From Myxococcota bacterium (lineage in GTDB: Bacteria > Myxococcota_A > UBA9160 > JAFDDA01): 64,000 bases of DNA. Within the stretch, counting starts at the first letter, position 1. Every line of letters starts with the position of its first letter. The notes beneath the pieces are model-generated. The model did not search any database. It was given only the letters and a program-made list of their open reading frames with translations, and had not been told where the DNA came from. The stretch lies in contig OZ245817.1 in NCBI GenBank assembly GCA_965228475.1, forward strand, positions 2,496,001 through 2,560,000, in the 5' to 3' direction. The translations under genes were made by a program, and so were the position numbers. This document shows, in pieces, positions 8,174-17,787 of the stretch.

Positions 8174-9181
8174 TCAGGGCCCGCGGCTGTCCACCTTCTC
8201 GAGCTTCACCCCGGCGTCCGAGAGGATCTCGAGGGAGCTTTCCCCCAGCGGGTAGTCGCCGTTGTAGATCACGGCCACGATGCCCGCGTTGATGATCATC
8301 TTGGTGCACTGCAGGCACGGAGACATCGTCGTGTAGATCGTGCCGCCGCGGACCGGGACCCCGTGGTACGCGGATTGGACGATGGCGTTCTCCTCGGCGT
8401 GGGAGCACAGGCAGGTATCGAGCCCCGCCCCGCTCTGCCCGAAGGCGTTGCAGCGCGGGCAGCCCCCTTCGTTGCAGTTGCGCACGCCGCGGGGGGTGCC
8501 GTTGTAGCCCGTGGCCACGAGCCGGCGATCGATCGTGATGACGGCCCCGACCTTGCGCTTCACGCAATTGCTTCGAGATGCAGCCACCTCGGCAATGTTC
8601 ATGAAGTACTCGTCCCAGTCAGGGCGCTCGAAAAAAAGCGAGCGGGAGAGGATGGTCTGGATCGCCTTGTGGAGTTCCTCCTTGCCGCCGTCGTTGCGCA
8701 GGGTGAAGTCCGCCAATGCCTGGACGGCCGCCATCTGCTGCCCGGCGGCGTTCTCGCCCCCGCGCTCCCGGCCTTCGAGCTCCTTCAGGCGCTCGAGGGT
8801 CTCCGGGTCACCCGGGCGGGCCCTGCCCTTCAGGCGCTCGAGCCGGGTCTCCATGTCTGCGTCGACCCACACGAGCTTGAAATCGCCGTGGGCCTCGCGA
8901 AGGGTCTCGACCTCCGCGGGGTGGCGAACGGAATCGACGACGTAGTTGCGGTCCGGCGCGAGCTTGTCGAGCAGGCGGACGGCCAACGCCCCCGGGCCGT
9001 AGCGCTCGCGCAGCTGGGTGCCGACCTCGATCATGCGCTCGCGCGATTCTTCGAGCCCGCGCTCGCGCAGCTCGTCGCGCAGGACGTCGGAAAGCGAGAG
9101 CGCATAGAAGCTCCGGCTTTCGAGGTACGCCATGACCTCGCCCTTGCCTGCACCGTAGGGCCCCGAAAGACCGAGAATCAT
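8174..9181 (-). CDS. P-loop nucleotide-kinase-like domain fused to deoxycytidylate (dCMP) deaminase
   Basis: GPYGAGKG Walker A, VVDSVRH; RPDWDEYFM, GYNGTP, HAEENA, PCLQC zinc-deaminase motifs; GGAGG RBS before ATG 9181. Confidence 0.9.
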   Translation of the reverse strand: MILGLSGPYGAGKGEVMAYLESRSFYALSLSDVLRDELRERGLEESRERMIEVGTQLRERYGPGALAVRLLDKLAPDRNYVVDSVRHPAEVETLREAHGDFKLVWVDADMETRLERLKGRARPGDPETLERLKELEGRERGGENAAGQQMAAVQALADFTLRNDGGKEELHKAIQTILSRSLFFERPDWDEYFMNIAEVAASRSNCVKRKVGAVITIDRRLVATGYNGTPRGVRNCNEGGCPRCNAFGQSGAGLDTCLCSHAEENAIVQSAYHGVPVRGGTIYTTMSPCLQCTKMIINAGIVAVIYNGDYPLGESSLEILSDAGVKLEKVDSRGP

Positions 9182-9287
9182 GGTGTTCCCCCCTCCCCTC
9201 ACTTATCCCGGTGCGCTGCGGGGGTCAAGCGTTCCGGCTCCGGACCGGCCTCGGCGAGCTTGGCCGGCCCCAGGAGCGGAGACTCGC

Positions 9288-10028
9288 TCACTTCCGGCGG
9301 CTGGCGAGAAGCAGAAGGCCCGCGAAGCCCGTGGCCATGGCCAGCAGGCTGCCCGGCTCCGGTACCGGCAGGCTCACGTTCGTGAATGTGATCGTCGTGA
9401 AGATCGGGAACTGGTTGCCGAGGACTGAGACGAAGGTCGGCGAAACCAGCGTAAGCGGGCCCGAGGCGCCCGCTAACGTGACGATGTTCGTGCCCGAGTT
9501 CACCGCGCCGACTCCCGTGCTGAAGACGGCGGCGTCTATCGTGAAGGGCGAGGCCGTGGCACCCCCCTGACCGAGCTGAGCCGCGTTCAGATCGACCGGG
9601 ATCGGGACGATGACCGGAGTGAAGACGTTCACGAAGCCGTCGAGGCCCATGGCCCCACCGACACCGCCACCCGTGTTGCAGGCGATGCCCGGTGCGACGC
9701 CGCCACCGCACACTTCCCCTGGAGCATGGACCGTCACGCCACCGGCCGAGAACGTGCCAGCCTGGTTGCTGATGGTCATGGCGGCAATCGAGTTGATCGC
9801 CGTGGTGGAGGTTACGGGCACGACGACCGGAGCCGGCAGCGAAACGGTGCCAGCAGCAATCGACACGGTGCTACCGGACACCGAAACCGTTCCGACTTCC
9901 GAGAAGGAAATCGGGCTCAAGCCCTGAATCGTCAGCGTGAAGATGATGTTCGTCGCTACCGGCGCCGCCTGGACGACTCCGCTCACCAAGAGCGACCACG
10001 CGGCCACGATTCCGAAGAACCAACTCAC
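9288..10028 (-). CDS. PEP-CTERM sorting-domain surface protein (Gly/Thr/Val-rich)
   Basis: GTG 10028 after GGAGGAG; signal peptide ending VQA-AP; C-terminus VPEPGSLLAMATGFAGLLLLASRRK. Confidence 0.88.
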   Translation of the reverse strand: MSWFFGIVAAWSLLVSGVVQAAPVATNIIFTLTIQGLSPISFSEVGTVSVSGSTVSIAAGTVSLPAPVVVPVTSTTAINSIAAMTISNQAGTFSAGGVTVHAPGEVCGGGVAPGIACNTGGGVGGAMGLDGFVNVFTPVIVPIPVDLNAAQLGQGGATASPFTIDAAVFSTGVGAVNSGTNIVTLAGASGPLTLVSPTFVSVLGNQFPIFTTITFTNVSLPVPEPGSLLAMATGFAGLLLLASRRK

Positions 10029-10169
10029 GAAAGCTCCTCCCAGCCTGCGGCAACGCCGTCTCCGGACGCCGCGACGACTGACGGAGCCTTCCGCGCCGCG
10101 GCTCCCGAGGCCGCACCGGCCTCGAGTCACGACCCTAACACAGGACTCGGGCGGGCTCGGTACCGGCGC

Positions 10170-11321
10170 CTAGGCCTCGAGCATCGTCACGAAGAGCTCG
10201 CACATGGCTTCGACCTGGGCGGTCTCGACCCACTCGTCGGCGGTGTGGGCCTGATCGATCGAGCCCGGACCCATCACCACCGAGGGGATGCCTTCGGCCT
10301 CGAGGATGCCGCCGTCGGTGCCGAAGGCCACCGTGCCCGGCGCCGTTTCGAGGCCGTGGCGGCGTAGCGCCTCCTGGCAGGCCAGCAGCGCGGGGGCGTC
10401 TTCCGCGGTGCCGAGGGGCGCCTTCATGCGATCGCAGCGCTCGATGGCGACGCAGTCCGCCGCCCCCGAGGCCGCGAGCGCCTGCTCGAGTTCGGCGCGC
10501 ACCGTGGCCTCGTCTTCGCCGGGCAGGAGGCGGCGGTCGACGAGCAGCCAGGCTTCGTCGGGGACGATGTTCGGCGCCTGCCCGCCGCCGACCACGCCGA
10601 CGGAGAGCGTGGCCTCGCCGAGGCGGGGGTCGCGCTTGGCCGCGATCTCGTGGGAGAGCTCGTCGAGCGCCACGATCACGCGCGAGAGCGCGACGATCGC
10701 GTTCCTGCCGAGGGCGGGGTTCGAGCTGTGGCAGGCACGCCCGTGCGCCACGAGCTTCGAGTAGGCGATGCCCTTGTGCGCGGTGACGGGGCGCAGATCC
10801 GTCGGCTCGGTGACGACGGCGATCTCGGGTTTCCGCCCGCCGAGCCAGCGCACGACGTCCTCGGCGCCGACGCTGCCGAGTTCTTCGTCGGACTCGCCGA
10901 CGAGGATGACGTTGCGGCCGAGGCTCCCGCGCGCGAGCACCTGCTCGAGCGCCGCGACGAAGGCCGCCATCCCGCCCTTGGTGTCGCAGGTGCCCCGGCC
11001 GTACATACGGCCCGCTTCGATCTTCGGATCGAAGGGCGGGATCGTCATGCCATCGACGGGGACGGTGTCGAGGTGCGAGGCCATGAGCAGGGTTTCGGCG
11101 CCGGCGCGCGAGGCCTCCGCCGTGGCGACGACGCTCGGGCGCTCGGCATCTCCGATCAGCTCCGCATCGAGACCGATCCCACGGAGCTGCTCCCGCAGGT
11201 GCTCCGCGTAGCGGCGCTCTCCGAGGATCTCGGCGGGCTGGTCGTCGCGCCCCATCGGGTTCACCGAGGGAACGGCGACGTAGTCCCGCAGGTATTCGAG
11301 CGGCTTCGAGATCGTGCTCAC
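10170..11321 (-). CDS. M20 family metallopeptidase (ArgE/DapE-like)
   Basis: SHLDTV, GRGTCDTKGG, DEE, EPT, HSS, GPGSIDQAHTADE motifs. Confidence 0.92.
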   Translation of the reverse strand: MSTISKPLEYLRDYVAVPSVNPMGRDDQPAEILGERRYAEHLREQLRGIGLDAELIGDAERPSVVATAEASRAGAETLLMASHLDTVPVDGMTIPPFDPKIEAGRMYGRGTCDTKGGMAAFVAALEQVLARGSLGRNVILVGESDEELGSVGAEDVVRWLGGRKPEIAVVTEPTDLRPVTAHKGIAYSKLVAHGRACHSSNPALGRNAIVALSRVIVALDELSHEIAAKRDPRLGEATLSVGVVGGGQAPNIVPDEAWLLVDRRLLPGEDEATVRAELEQALAASGAADCVAIERCDRMKAPLGTAEDAPALLACQEALRRHGLETAPGTVAFGTDGGILEAEGIPSVVMGPGSIDQAHTADEWVETAQVEAMCELFVTMLEA

Positions 11322-11472
11322 GCACGGACGTTAGCGCCGCGCCCGGCGTGCGGTGTCGGCGCCCGGCTGCACCCGACCCTTGCGGATCGCGCCCTGGCGC
11401 CGCTTCCCCTGGCACGCCACTTGCTCCTTCCGTCATCATCGGGGCCCGGCGCCAGCCCCACGGGAGGCGGTC

Positions 11473-12756
11473 ATGCACTGGCGAGTTCGTTTGGATCAGA
11501 CGCTCCAGGCTCTCGAGATGGGAGCCAAGCTCGCGGCCGAGAAGCTCGAGACGGGCATCACGTTCAACCCGATGCGCAAGGAGATGCGCTCGGACCCGCA
11601 CCCCTTCTACAAGGCGCTTCGCGAGCGCGACCCGCGGCACCGCTCGCGGCCGGCGGACGGCTGGGTGCTCTCGCGCTTCGAGGACGTCCACACGGTCCTG
11701 GCCGAGCGCCGCTTCTCGGCCGACGAGCGGAACCTCCGCCGCTGGAAGAAGATGGTCGGCCGGCGCCTCCGCGCCGGGCTCGCCGACCCCTACGAAGAAG
11801 ACCGCGCCTCGATGCTGCGCATGGACGCGCCCGACCACACGCGCCTGCGCAAGCTCGTGAACAAAGCCTTCACCCCGCGGGCCGTGGAAGCCATGCGCGG
11901 GCGGATCGAGCGGCTCGTGGACGAGCAGCTCTCCCGCTTCCGGCCCGGGGAGCCCATCGAGCTGATCGGCGATTTCGCCTCGCCCTTCCCCGTCACCATC
12001 ATCGCCGAGATGCTCGGCGTACCGCCCGAGGACCACGCGCGCTTCCGGCACTGGTCCGACGAGGCGATCCGCAACCTCGGCGACGGTGATCTCGAGGACG
12101 CCCGCCACGGCGAAACGGCCATGATCGAGCTCGGCGAGTACCTGAAGGCCGTGGCGGACGCCCGCCGCGACGACCCGCGGGACGATCTCATCACGGGCCT
12201 CGTCCAGGCAGAGGAAGAAGGCGACCGCCTGCGCAACGACGAGCTGGCGACGATGTGCGTCCTGCTCCTCGTCGCCGGGAACGAGACCACGACCAAGCTG
12301 ATCGCGAACTCGATGGTGGCCCTCATCCGGAACCCCGAGCAGCTCGCCATCCTGCGCGAAGAGCCCAAGCGCATCGCGGGCGCCGTGGACGAGCTCCTCC
12401 GCTACGACGGCCCCGTCCAGCTCACCTCGCGCATGGTTCTCGAGGACGAGGACTTCGACGGCTGCCGGTTCGAGAAGGGCCAGCAGATCGTGCTGCTGCT
12501 CGCCGCCGCCAACCGCGACCCGGAGCAGTTCGATCGCCCCGATGAGCTCGACGTGACCCGCGAGAACGTCCGCCACCTGGCCTTCAGCCACGGCGCGCAC
12601 TTCTGCCTCGGCGCGCAGCTCGCCCGGCTCGAAGCCTCCCTCGCACTCGAAGGCCTGGTCACCCGCTTCCCGGACATCGGTTTCGGCGACGCGCCGATCA
12701 CCTGGGGCAGCAACACGGTGCTCCGCGGCCCGACCTCGCTGCCCCTTCGGCTCTAG
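11473..12756 (+). CDS. Cytochrome P450
   Basis: DAPDHTRLR, I-helix AGNETT, ELLR (ExxR), heme motif FSHGAHFCLG; ATG 11473 after GGAGG. Confidence 0.95.
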   Translation: MHWRVRLDQTLQALEMGAKLAAEKLETGITFNPMRKEMRSDPHPFYKALRERDPRHRSRPADGWVLSRFEDVHTVLAERRFSADERNLRRWKKMVGRRLRAGLADPYEEDRASMLRMDAPDHTRLRKLVNKAFTPRAVEAMRGRIERLVDEQLSRFRPGEPIELIGDFASPFPVTIIAEMLGVPPEDHARFRHWSDEAIRNLGDGDLEDARHGETAMIELGEYLKAVADARRDDPRDDLITGLVQAEEEGDRLRNDELATMCVLLLVAGNETTTKLIANSMVALIRNPEQLAILREEPKRIAGAVDELLRYDGPVQLTSRMVLEDEDFDGCRFEKGQQIVLLLAAANRDPEQFDRPDELDVTRENVRHLAFSHGAHFCLGAQLARLEASLALEGLVTRFPDIGFGDAPITWGSNTVLRGPTSLPLRL

Positions 12757-12919
12757 CGCGGGCGGGCCCCGGGTCACCGCCCACCCGGATTCGACGTAGG
12801 CGAAAGGCCGCGGGCACCCCGGAAAGCGCGATGGAAAGCAGCGCTTTACAGGCCCCCGTGCGGCTGCGACGATGGGGGCTCGACACCCTCGTCTCCGACT
12901 TTCCCGAGAGGATCTACCC

Positions 12920-13942
12920 GTGACCCGAGCCACCTGGAACCCCCTCGCTTCGCGCCGCGCCGGCGCGGCCGCGCTGACCCTGACCTGCCTCGCGTTCGCC
13001 TTTCCCGCCCAGGCCGACGAGCGCTGGATCGTCCCGAGCTCCTTCTACACCGAGTTCGCCGGCGGCATGGAGTGGGTGAACCTCTCGGAGACCACGGCCT
13101 ACTTCAGCCCCACGCCGGCAGCCGGCAACGACTTCAGCCACACCGACGACGAGTTCACGCGCTGGTTCGCCGAGGCCGTGATCGGCTACGCCGACCCCGA
13201 CGGCCTGAGCCTTCCGGACCCCTTCGGCCAGAACGCCCGCGTCGAGCTGCGCATGCGCTACAGCGAAGGCGACAGCGACAACCAGGACACCTCGCTGAAC
13301 AACCTCGGCATGGTGAGCCCGGACCTCACGGTCTTCACGACCTTCCCGAACCGCAACACGCTGCGGGCGCTCACCAACACGAGCCTGCAGACGTGGGACG
13401 TGGCCGCCATGTACGAGACCGACGTCGTCCTCGACCCGGTGCTCGTCTTCACGCCTTCGGCCGGAATCGTCTACTCCCGGCTCGACCTCGCGAACGATTT
13501 CAAGATCGTCTCGACCTCGCCGACGCGCCCGACCACGACGGCCGAACTCAACGACGAGATCACCGCCCACTACTACGGCGTGGCGGTCGGTGCCGAGTTC
13601 TCGCTGCGTCCCGCGGATTGGTTCCGCTTCGACATCGGCACCCGCGTGGACCTCATGGGCGCCACCGCGAATCTCGACGCCAGCCAGGACTTCAACTTCA
13701 ACACCGTGAACTTCACCGAGAGCGATAACGACACGAACTTCGCCCCGCGCGTGACGGGAACCGCCGGCATCCACCTGAGCTGGCAGTACGTGTCGCTCGG
13801 CATCGAGGGTCAGGCCCGCTACGTCGGCTACCTGCCCCTGGCCGACCACCCGACCTCCACGACGGATCGCGCCTCGAACATCGACGGCGACGACCTGTGG
13901 AGCATCGGCGCCATGGGCCGGCTCACGATCTGGTGGCCCTAG
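12920..13942 (+). CDS. Outer-membrane beta-barrel protein, function unknown
   Basis: Signal peptide ending AQA; amphipathic beta strands; aromatic-rich last strand LTIWWP; GTG after GAGAGGA. Confidence 0.65.
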   Translation: MTRATWNPLASRRAGAAALTLTCLAFAFPAQADERWIVPSSFYTEFAGGMEWVNLSETTAYFSPTPAAGNDFSHTDDEFTRWFAEAVIGYADPDGLSLPDPFGQNARVELRMRYSEGDSDNQDTSLNNLGMVSPDLTVFTTFPNRNTLRALTNTSLQTWDVAAMYETDVVLDPVLVFTPSAGIVYSRLDLANDFKIVSTSPTRPTTTAELNDEITAHYYGVAVGAEFSLRPADWFRFDIGTRVDLMGATANLDASQDFNFNTVNFTESDNDTNFAPRVTGTAGIHLSWQYVSLGIEGQARYVGYLPLADHPTSTTDRASNIDGDDLWSIGAMGRLTIWWP

Positions 13943-13960
13943 GCCCAGGGTCGACGGGCC

Positions 13961-14662
13961 TCAGTCCGAAAGCAGCGCGTCCGCGAAGGCCGTGAGGCTC
14001 GCAGCGCGAGCGCACTCCCGCTCCGCGTAGCGCCCGAACGGGTCGAGCAGGCACGGCGCGAGCCCGGCGGCGCGGGCTCCGAGCACGTCCACCGTGTAGA
14101 TGTCTCCCACGTAGATGGCGCGCTCGGCCGCCGTTCCGCTGCGCGCGACCGCCCGGTGGAAGATCTCCGGGTCGGGCTTCTCGACGCCTTCCTCGTGGGA
14201 GTCGATCACGTAGTCGAGGCCGTCCGCGAGCCCGGCGCGCTCGAGCACGGCGCGCACACGGCCGTCGGCGTTCGAGATCACGCCCGTGGCGAGCCCCGCG
14301 CCGCGCAGGCGCGCCAGCACGCCGGCGGCGTCCGCGTAGGGAACGCGCCAGAGGTTCTCCTCGAGGTGCGCCGCCCGGACCCGCGGGCCGAACTCCGCCG
14401 CCGCCCCGGCCTCCATCCCGGCCCCGACGAGCAGGTCATGGAAGTAGCCGCCGACCCGCGCCGCATCGTTGTCCTGATCGGCGGAGAGTCGGGTGAGGCG
14501 CTCGTCGACGCGGAGGCGCGCCGCCGCGTCGCCCTCGGGCAGCCGTGCGCGGTCGACCGTTCCCCCCGCGCCGCCGACGACCTCGGCCACGCGGTCGTAG
14601 TCGATGTGGACGAGGGTCCCGCCCGCGTCGAAGAGCACCGTATCGATACCGTCCGGAAACAT
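13961..14662 (-). CDS. HAD-superfamily hydrolase (subfamily IA)
   Basis: VLFDAGGTL, ISN, KPDPEIF, YVGDIYTVDVLGA. Confidence 0.9.
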   Translation of the reverse strand: MFPDGIDTVLFDAGGTLVHIDYDRVAEVVGGAGGTVDRARLPEGDAAARLRVDERLTRLSADQDNDAARVGGYFHDLLVGAGMEAGAAAEFGPRVRAAHLEENLWRVPYADAAGVLARLRGAGLATGVISNADGRVRAVLERAGLADGLDYVIDSHEEGVEKPDPEIFHRAVARSGTAAERAIYVGDIYTVDVLGARAAGLAPCLLDPFGRYAERECARAASLTAFADALLSD

Positions 14663-14703
14663 GGAGCGGTGGTAGCACGGCGGCCCGCGATCGGGCAGCT
14701 TCG

Positions 14704-15573
14704 CTAGGTGCGAAGCCGACGCGCCACCAGCCCGAGCCAGCCTTCCCCGCTCGCATCTTCGAGCACGCATTCGGTGCGGATGGCGAGCCCACTCGCGCCG
14801 AGCGCCTCCTCGAAGGCGGAGCGGTCGCTCGCGAGGAGGCCGGCGAAGACGGCATCGCCGCCCGGCTCGACGCGGGCACCGATCCCCGAGAGGATCGGAA
14901 GCACCTCGCGGCGCAGCAGGTTCGCCACGACGAGCGCGAACGGCGGCGCCGTGACCGCTTCGATGCCCCCGGTGAAGAAGCGCGTGCGCTCGCTGGCACC
15001 GTTCGCCCGCGCGTTCTCCCGGGCTGCCTCGGCGGCCAGCGGGTCGAGGTCGAAGCCCACGGCATGGCCGATGCCGAGCCGCACGCCCGCGATCGCCAGG
15101 ACGCCGGACCCGGTCCCGACGTCGAGCATGCGATCGAGCTCAGCCCGCTCCGCGATCACCTCGTCGAGCAGCGCGAGCGCGAGGCGGGTGCTCTCGTGGC
15201 CGCCGGTCCCGAAGGCCTGGCCCGGCTCGATCACCACCGCCGTCTGCCCCGGGCGCGGCTCGCGCGCGACGAAGGGCGGCCGGACGAGCAGGCGCGGCGA
15301 GATCTCGATCGCCTCGAGCCCTTCCCGCCAGCGCTCGCTCCAGTCCTCCTCCGCCACCGCCTCGTGCGGCGCCGCCGCCGCACCGGCTGCGCGCAGGGCG
15401 TCTTCCACTGCCTCGGCGCACTCGCCGGGCACGTACAGGAGATAGCGGGTGCCGCCCTCGGTCTCGGACTCTTCACAGCCGCTCGCACCGGCCGCGAACG
15501 CCTCGGCGAGCCACCGCTCGCCCGTCTCGGCGTCGGGCGCATCGAGGATCCGCTGGCGGAAGTTCTGGCTCAC
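14704..15573 (-). CDS. prmA: Ribosomal protein L11 methyltransferase
   Basis: EEDWSERW, IEPGQAFGTGGHEST, LDVGTGSGVLAI, VANL. Confidence 0.92.
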   Translation of the reverse strand: MSQNFRQRILDAPDAETGERWLAEAFAAGASGCEESETEGGTRYLLYVPGECAEAVEDALRAAGAAAAPHEAVAEEDWSERWREGLEAIEISPRLLVRPPFVAREPRPGQTAVVIEPGQAFGTGGHESTRLALALLDEVIAERAELDRMLDVGTGSGVLAIAGVRLGIGHAVGFDLDPLAAEAARENARANGASERTRFFTGGIEAVTAPPFALVVANLLRREVLPILSGIGARVEPGGDAVFAGLLASDRSAFEEALGASGLAIRTECVLEDASGEGWLGLVARRLRT

Positions 15574-16564
15574 GCTCGTCGTCCTGTTCGTCTCGTTCGG
15601 CTCGAGTGGCTGCTACTACCTGCACCTGGCCTCGGGCCAGTGGCGCATCCTGCGCGCCAGCCGCCCCATCGACGACGTCCTCGCGGACCCGGCGACCTCC
15701 GACGAGCTCCGGACCCGGCTCGAGCGCGTCCTCGAGGCCCGCGAATTCGCCGCTGTCCTCGGCCTCGACGTCGGCGAACAGTACACGAGCTACGTGCCCT
15801 GGCCCGAGGACCGCATCGTGACGAGCGTCGTCGCCGCGCGCCCGGGAGAGGTCGTCCCGGCCGGGTTCGACTTCCCGATCGTCGGGCACGTCCCCTACAA
15901 GGGCTTCTTCGAGCGGGATCGCGCCGAGGCCGAGGCCGAGCGTCTGCGCGGCGAGGGGCTCGACGTCTGCGCCCTCGCCGTTCCGGCCTATTCGACCCTC
16001 GGCTGGTTCCCCGACCCCATCACCGACCCGATGATCCGCCACGGCGAGACCTACCTCGTCGAGACCGTGATCCACGAGCTCGTGCACGCGACCGTCTTCT
16101 TCGCCGACCACGCCGACTTCAACGAGGGCATCGCGAACTTCATCGGGCAGGAGGGCGCCGTGCGCTTCTATGCCGAGCGCGGCCGCGCCGCGGAAGTGCG
16201 CGCCGCCGTCGCGGACGATCGCCGGGTCGCACAGGAAATGCTCGCCTTCCGCGAGGCGGTGGCGGGCCTCTATGCGGAGATGCCCGCGGGCGAAGCGCGC
16301 GACGCGGCACGGGCCCGGCTCGAAGCCGAGGCGCGGGAGAAGCTCGCGGGCCTCCCGCTCGGCTCGATCGATGCGGCGCGACTCTCCGAGCGGGCGCGCC
16401 TGAACGACGCGTGCCTCTCGATCGCGGCCACCTACGCCGGCGACCTGCCCCGCTACGCCGAGCGGCTCGAGGCCCTCGGCGGAGACCTGCCGGGCCTGAT
16501 CGCACGGGCCATCGCGGCGCGCGACGCCGAGGACCCCCGGGCCGCCGTCCTGTCCCTCGACTAG
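15449..16564 (+). CDS. Putative zinc aminopeptidase lipoprotein (DUF2265-like)
   Basis: Lipoprotein signal RIRWRKFWLTLVVLFVSFGSSG-C; FPIVGHVPYKGFF, AYSTLGWFPDP, HELVH..FNEG (HExxH+E); start uncertain, overlaps the prmA 5' end. Confidence 0.8.
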   Translation: MPPSVSDSSQPLAPAANASASHRSPVSASGASRIRWRKFWLTLVVLFVSFGSSGCYYLHLASGQWRILRASRPIDDVLADPATSDELRTRLERVLEAREFAAVLGLDVGEQYTSYVPWPEDRIVTSVVAARPGEVVPAGFDFPIVGHVPYKGFFERDRAEAEAERLRGEGLDVCALAVPAYSTLGWFPDPITDPMIRHGETYLVETVIHELVHATVFFADHADFNEGIANFIGQEGAVRFYAERGRAAEVRAAVADDRRVAQEMLAFREAVAGLYAEMPAGEARDAARARLEAEAREKLAGLPLGSIDAARLSERARLNDACLSIAATYAGDLPRYAERLEALGGDLPGLIARAIAARDAEDPRAAVLSLD

Positions 16565-17787
16565 AACCCCTCGGCAGGCACGTACACGACGCGAGGCGCG
16601 CTCATGCCGATCGGAATCCCCTCTTCGGCGAGCCCCCGCACGACGAACACGTAGGCGTGCCCCGGCCGGAGCTTCCCGCGCGCCCAGGCCGAGAGCGCCG
16701 CCTCGTGGGTCTCGCCATCGACGAGGACGCCCGCCACCGGCTCGCCGGTGGGCGTCTCGAGGGCCTCGGGCGCCGCTCCGGGACCGAAGCGCTCGAAGGC
16801 GGCTCGGTCCTGGCTCGGAGTCCCGAGGTCCGCGAAGGCGGGGTGCTCCCGGTCGAAGCGCAGGTGAGGGCCGTCCGGCCGGTCGTGTTCGTAGAGCTCG
16901 AGCCGATACGCGCTCGCACCCTCGAGCGGCGCCCAGGTGAAGCGCGTCTCCTTCCCGAGCCGGCTCGCGTGGGGCGGTGCGCGCACGCCGATCACGGCCG
17001 GTGCCGCGCGACCGACGTCGCTCTCGGTGACGTAGTAGCGAAGCGTCGGTTCGACGAAGGCGAGCGCCGGCGTCTCGATCACGAGGCGCAGGAGATGGAG
17101 CCCGGTCACCTCGGTCGGAAGCCGCGGGCTCTCGATGCTCACGCGCCCGCCGCCGGTGATGTAGCGGCGCACGCGCGAGAGCACGCGGAAGACCGGCGTC
17201 CCCGCGGTCGACTCGGGCCCCGCCACCTCCCAGCGCGCGACGAGCTCTCCGTCGCCGGTGTAGACGAGGTCCGCGTAGGCCGTGATCTCGTCGAACTTCG
17301 GAACGATCCGCAGCGGCGAGCCTTCGTCGAAGCGGAGCTGGATGCGGTTCACGTCGAGGGGGCCGCCGAGACCGGAGCCGAACTCGACGATGGCGGCACA
17401 GAGTCTGGGATCGCCCGCGAGGGCCATCGGGTCTGCGTAGGCCCGAACGATGGTGATCCGCCGTGAGCCCGATTGGATCGCGCGCTGCACCGCCGCTTCG
17501 TCCAGGACGACGGTCTGGGTCACCGGCCCGGCCGGGAGCGGCCCGAAGCGCTGGATGATCCCGGCGCCGTCGGCGAGCACGGCCCCTTCGATCGATGCCG
17601 CAGGGAGGAGCCAACGGAACGTCAGCGGACGCTCCGTGCTGCGCCCGATCTGGAGCCGGACGTAGGAAGGCGTTACGCAGGTCGACTGCGCCAGCGCCTC
17701 CTCGGCTGCGCCCAGGCAGGCGAACAGGACGAGCGCGATCCGCAGCGACCGCATTCGGTACCTCGGGCTGGCCCTTCGGAGCTGCAT
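16561..17787 (-). CDS. Secreted hypothetical protein with probable beta-sandwich (Ig/FN3-like) domains
   Basis: Signal peptide IALVLFACLGAAEEALA; FTWAPLEGASAYRLEL FN3-like strand; ATG coupled to the upstream stop (TGATG). Confidence 0.65.
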   Translation of the reverse strand: MQLRRASPRYRMRSLRIALVLFACLGAAEEALAQSTCVTPSYVRLQIGRSTERPLTFRWLLPAASIEGAVLADGAGIIQRFGPLPAGPVTQTVVLDEAAVQRAIQSGSRRITIVRAYADPMALAGDPRLCAAIVEFGSGLGGPLDVNRIQLRFDEGSPLRIVPKFDEITAYADLVYTGDGELVARWEVAGPESTAGTPVFRVLSRVRRYITGGGRVSIESPRLPTEVTGLHLLRLVIETPALAFVEPTLRYYVTESDVGRAAPAVIGVRAPPHASRLGKETRFTWAPLEGASAYRLELYEHDRPDGPHLRFDREHPAFADLGTPSQDRAAFERFGPGAAPEALETPTGEPVAGVLVDGETHEAALSAWARGKLRPGHAYVFVVRGLAEEGIPIGMSAPRVVYVPAEGF

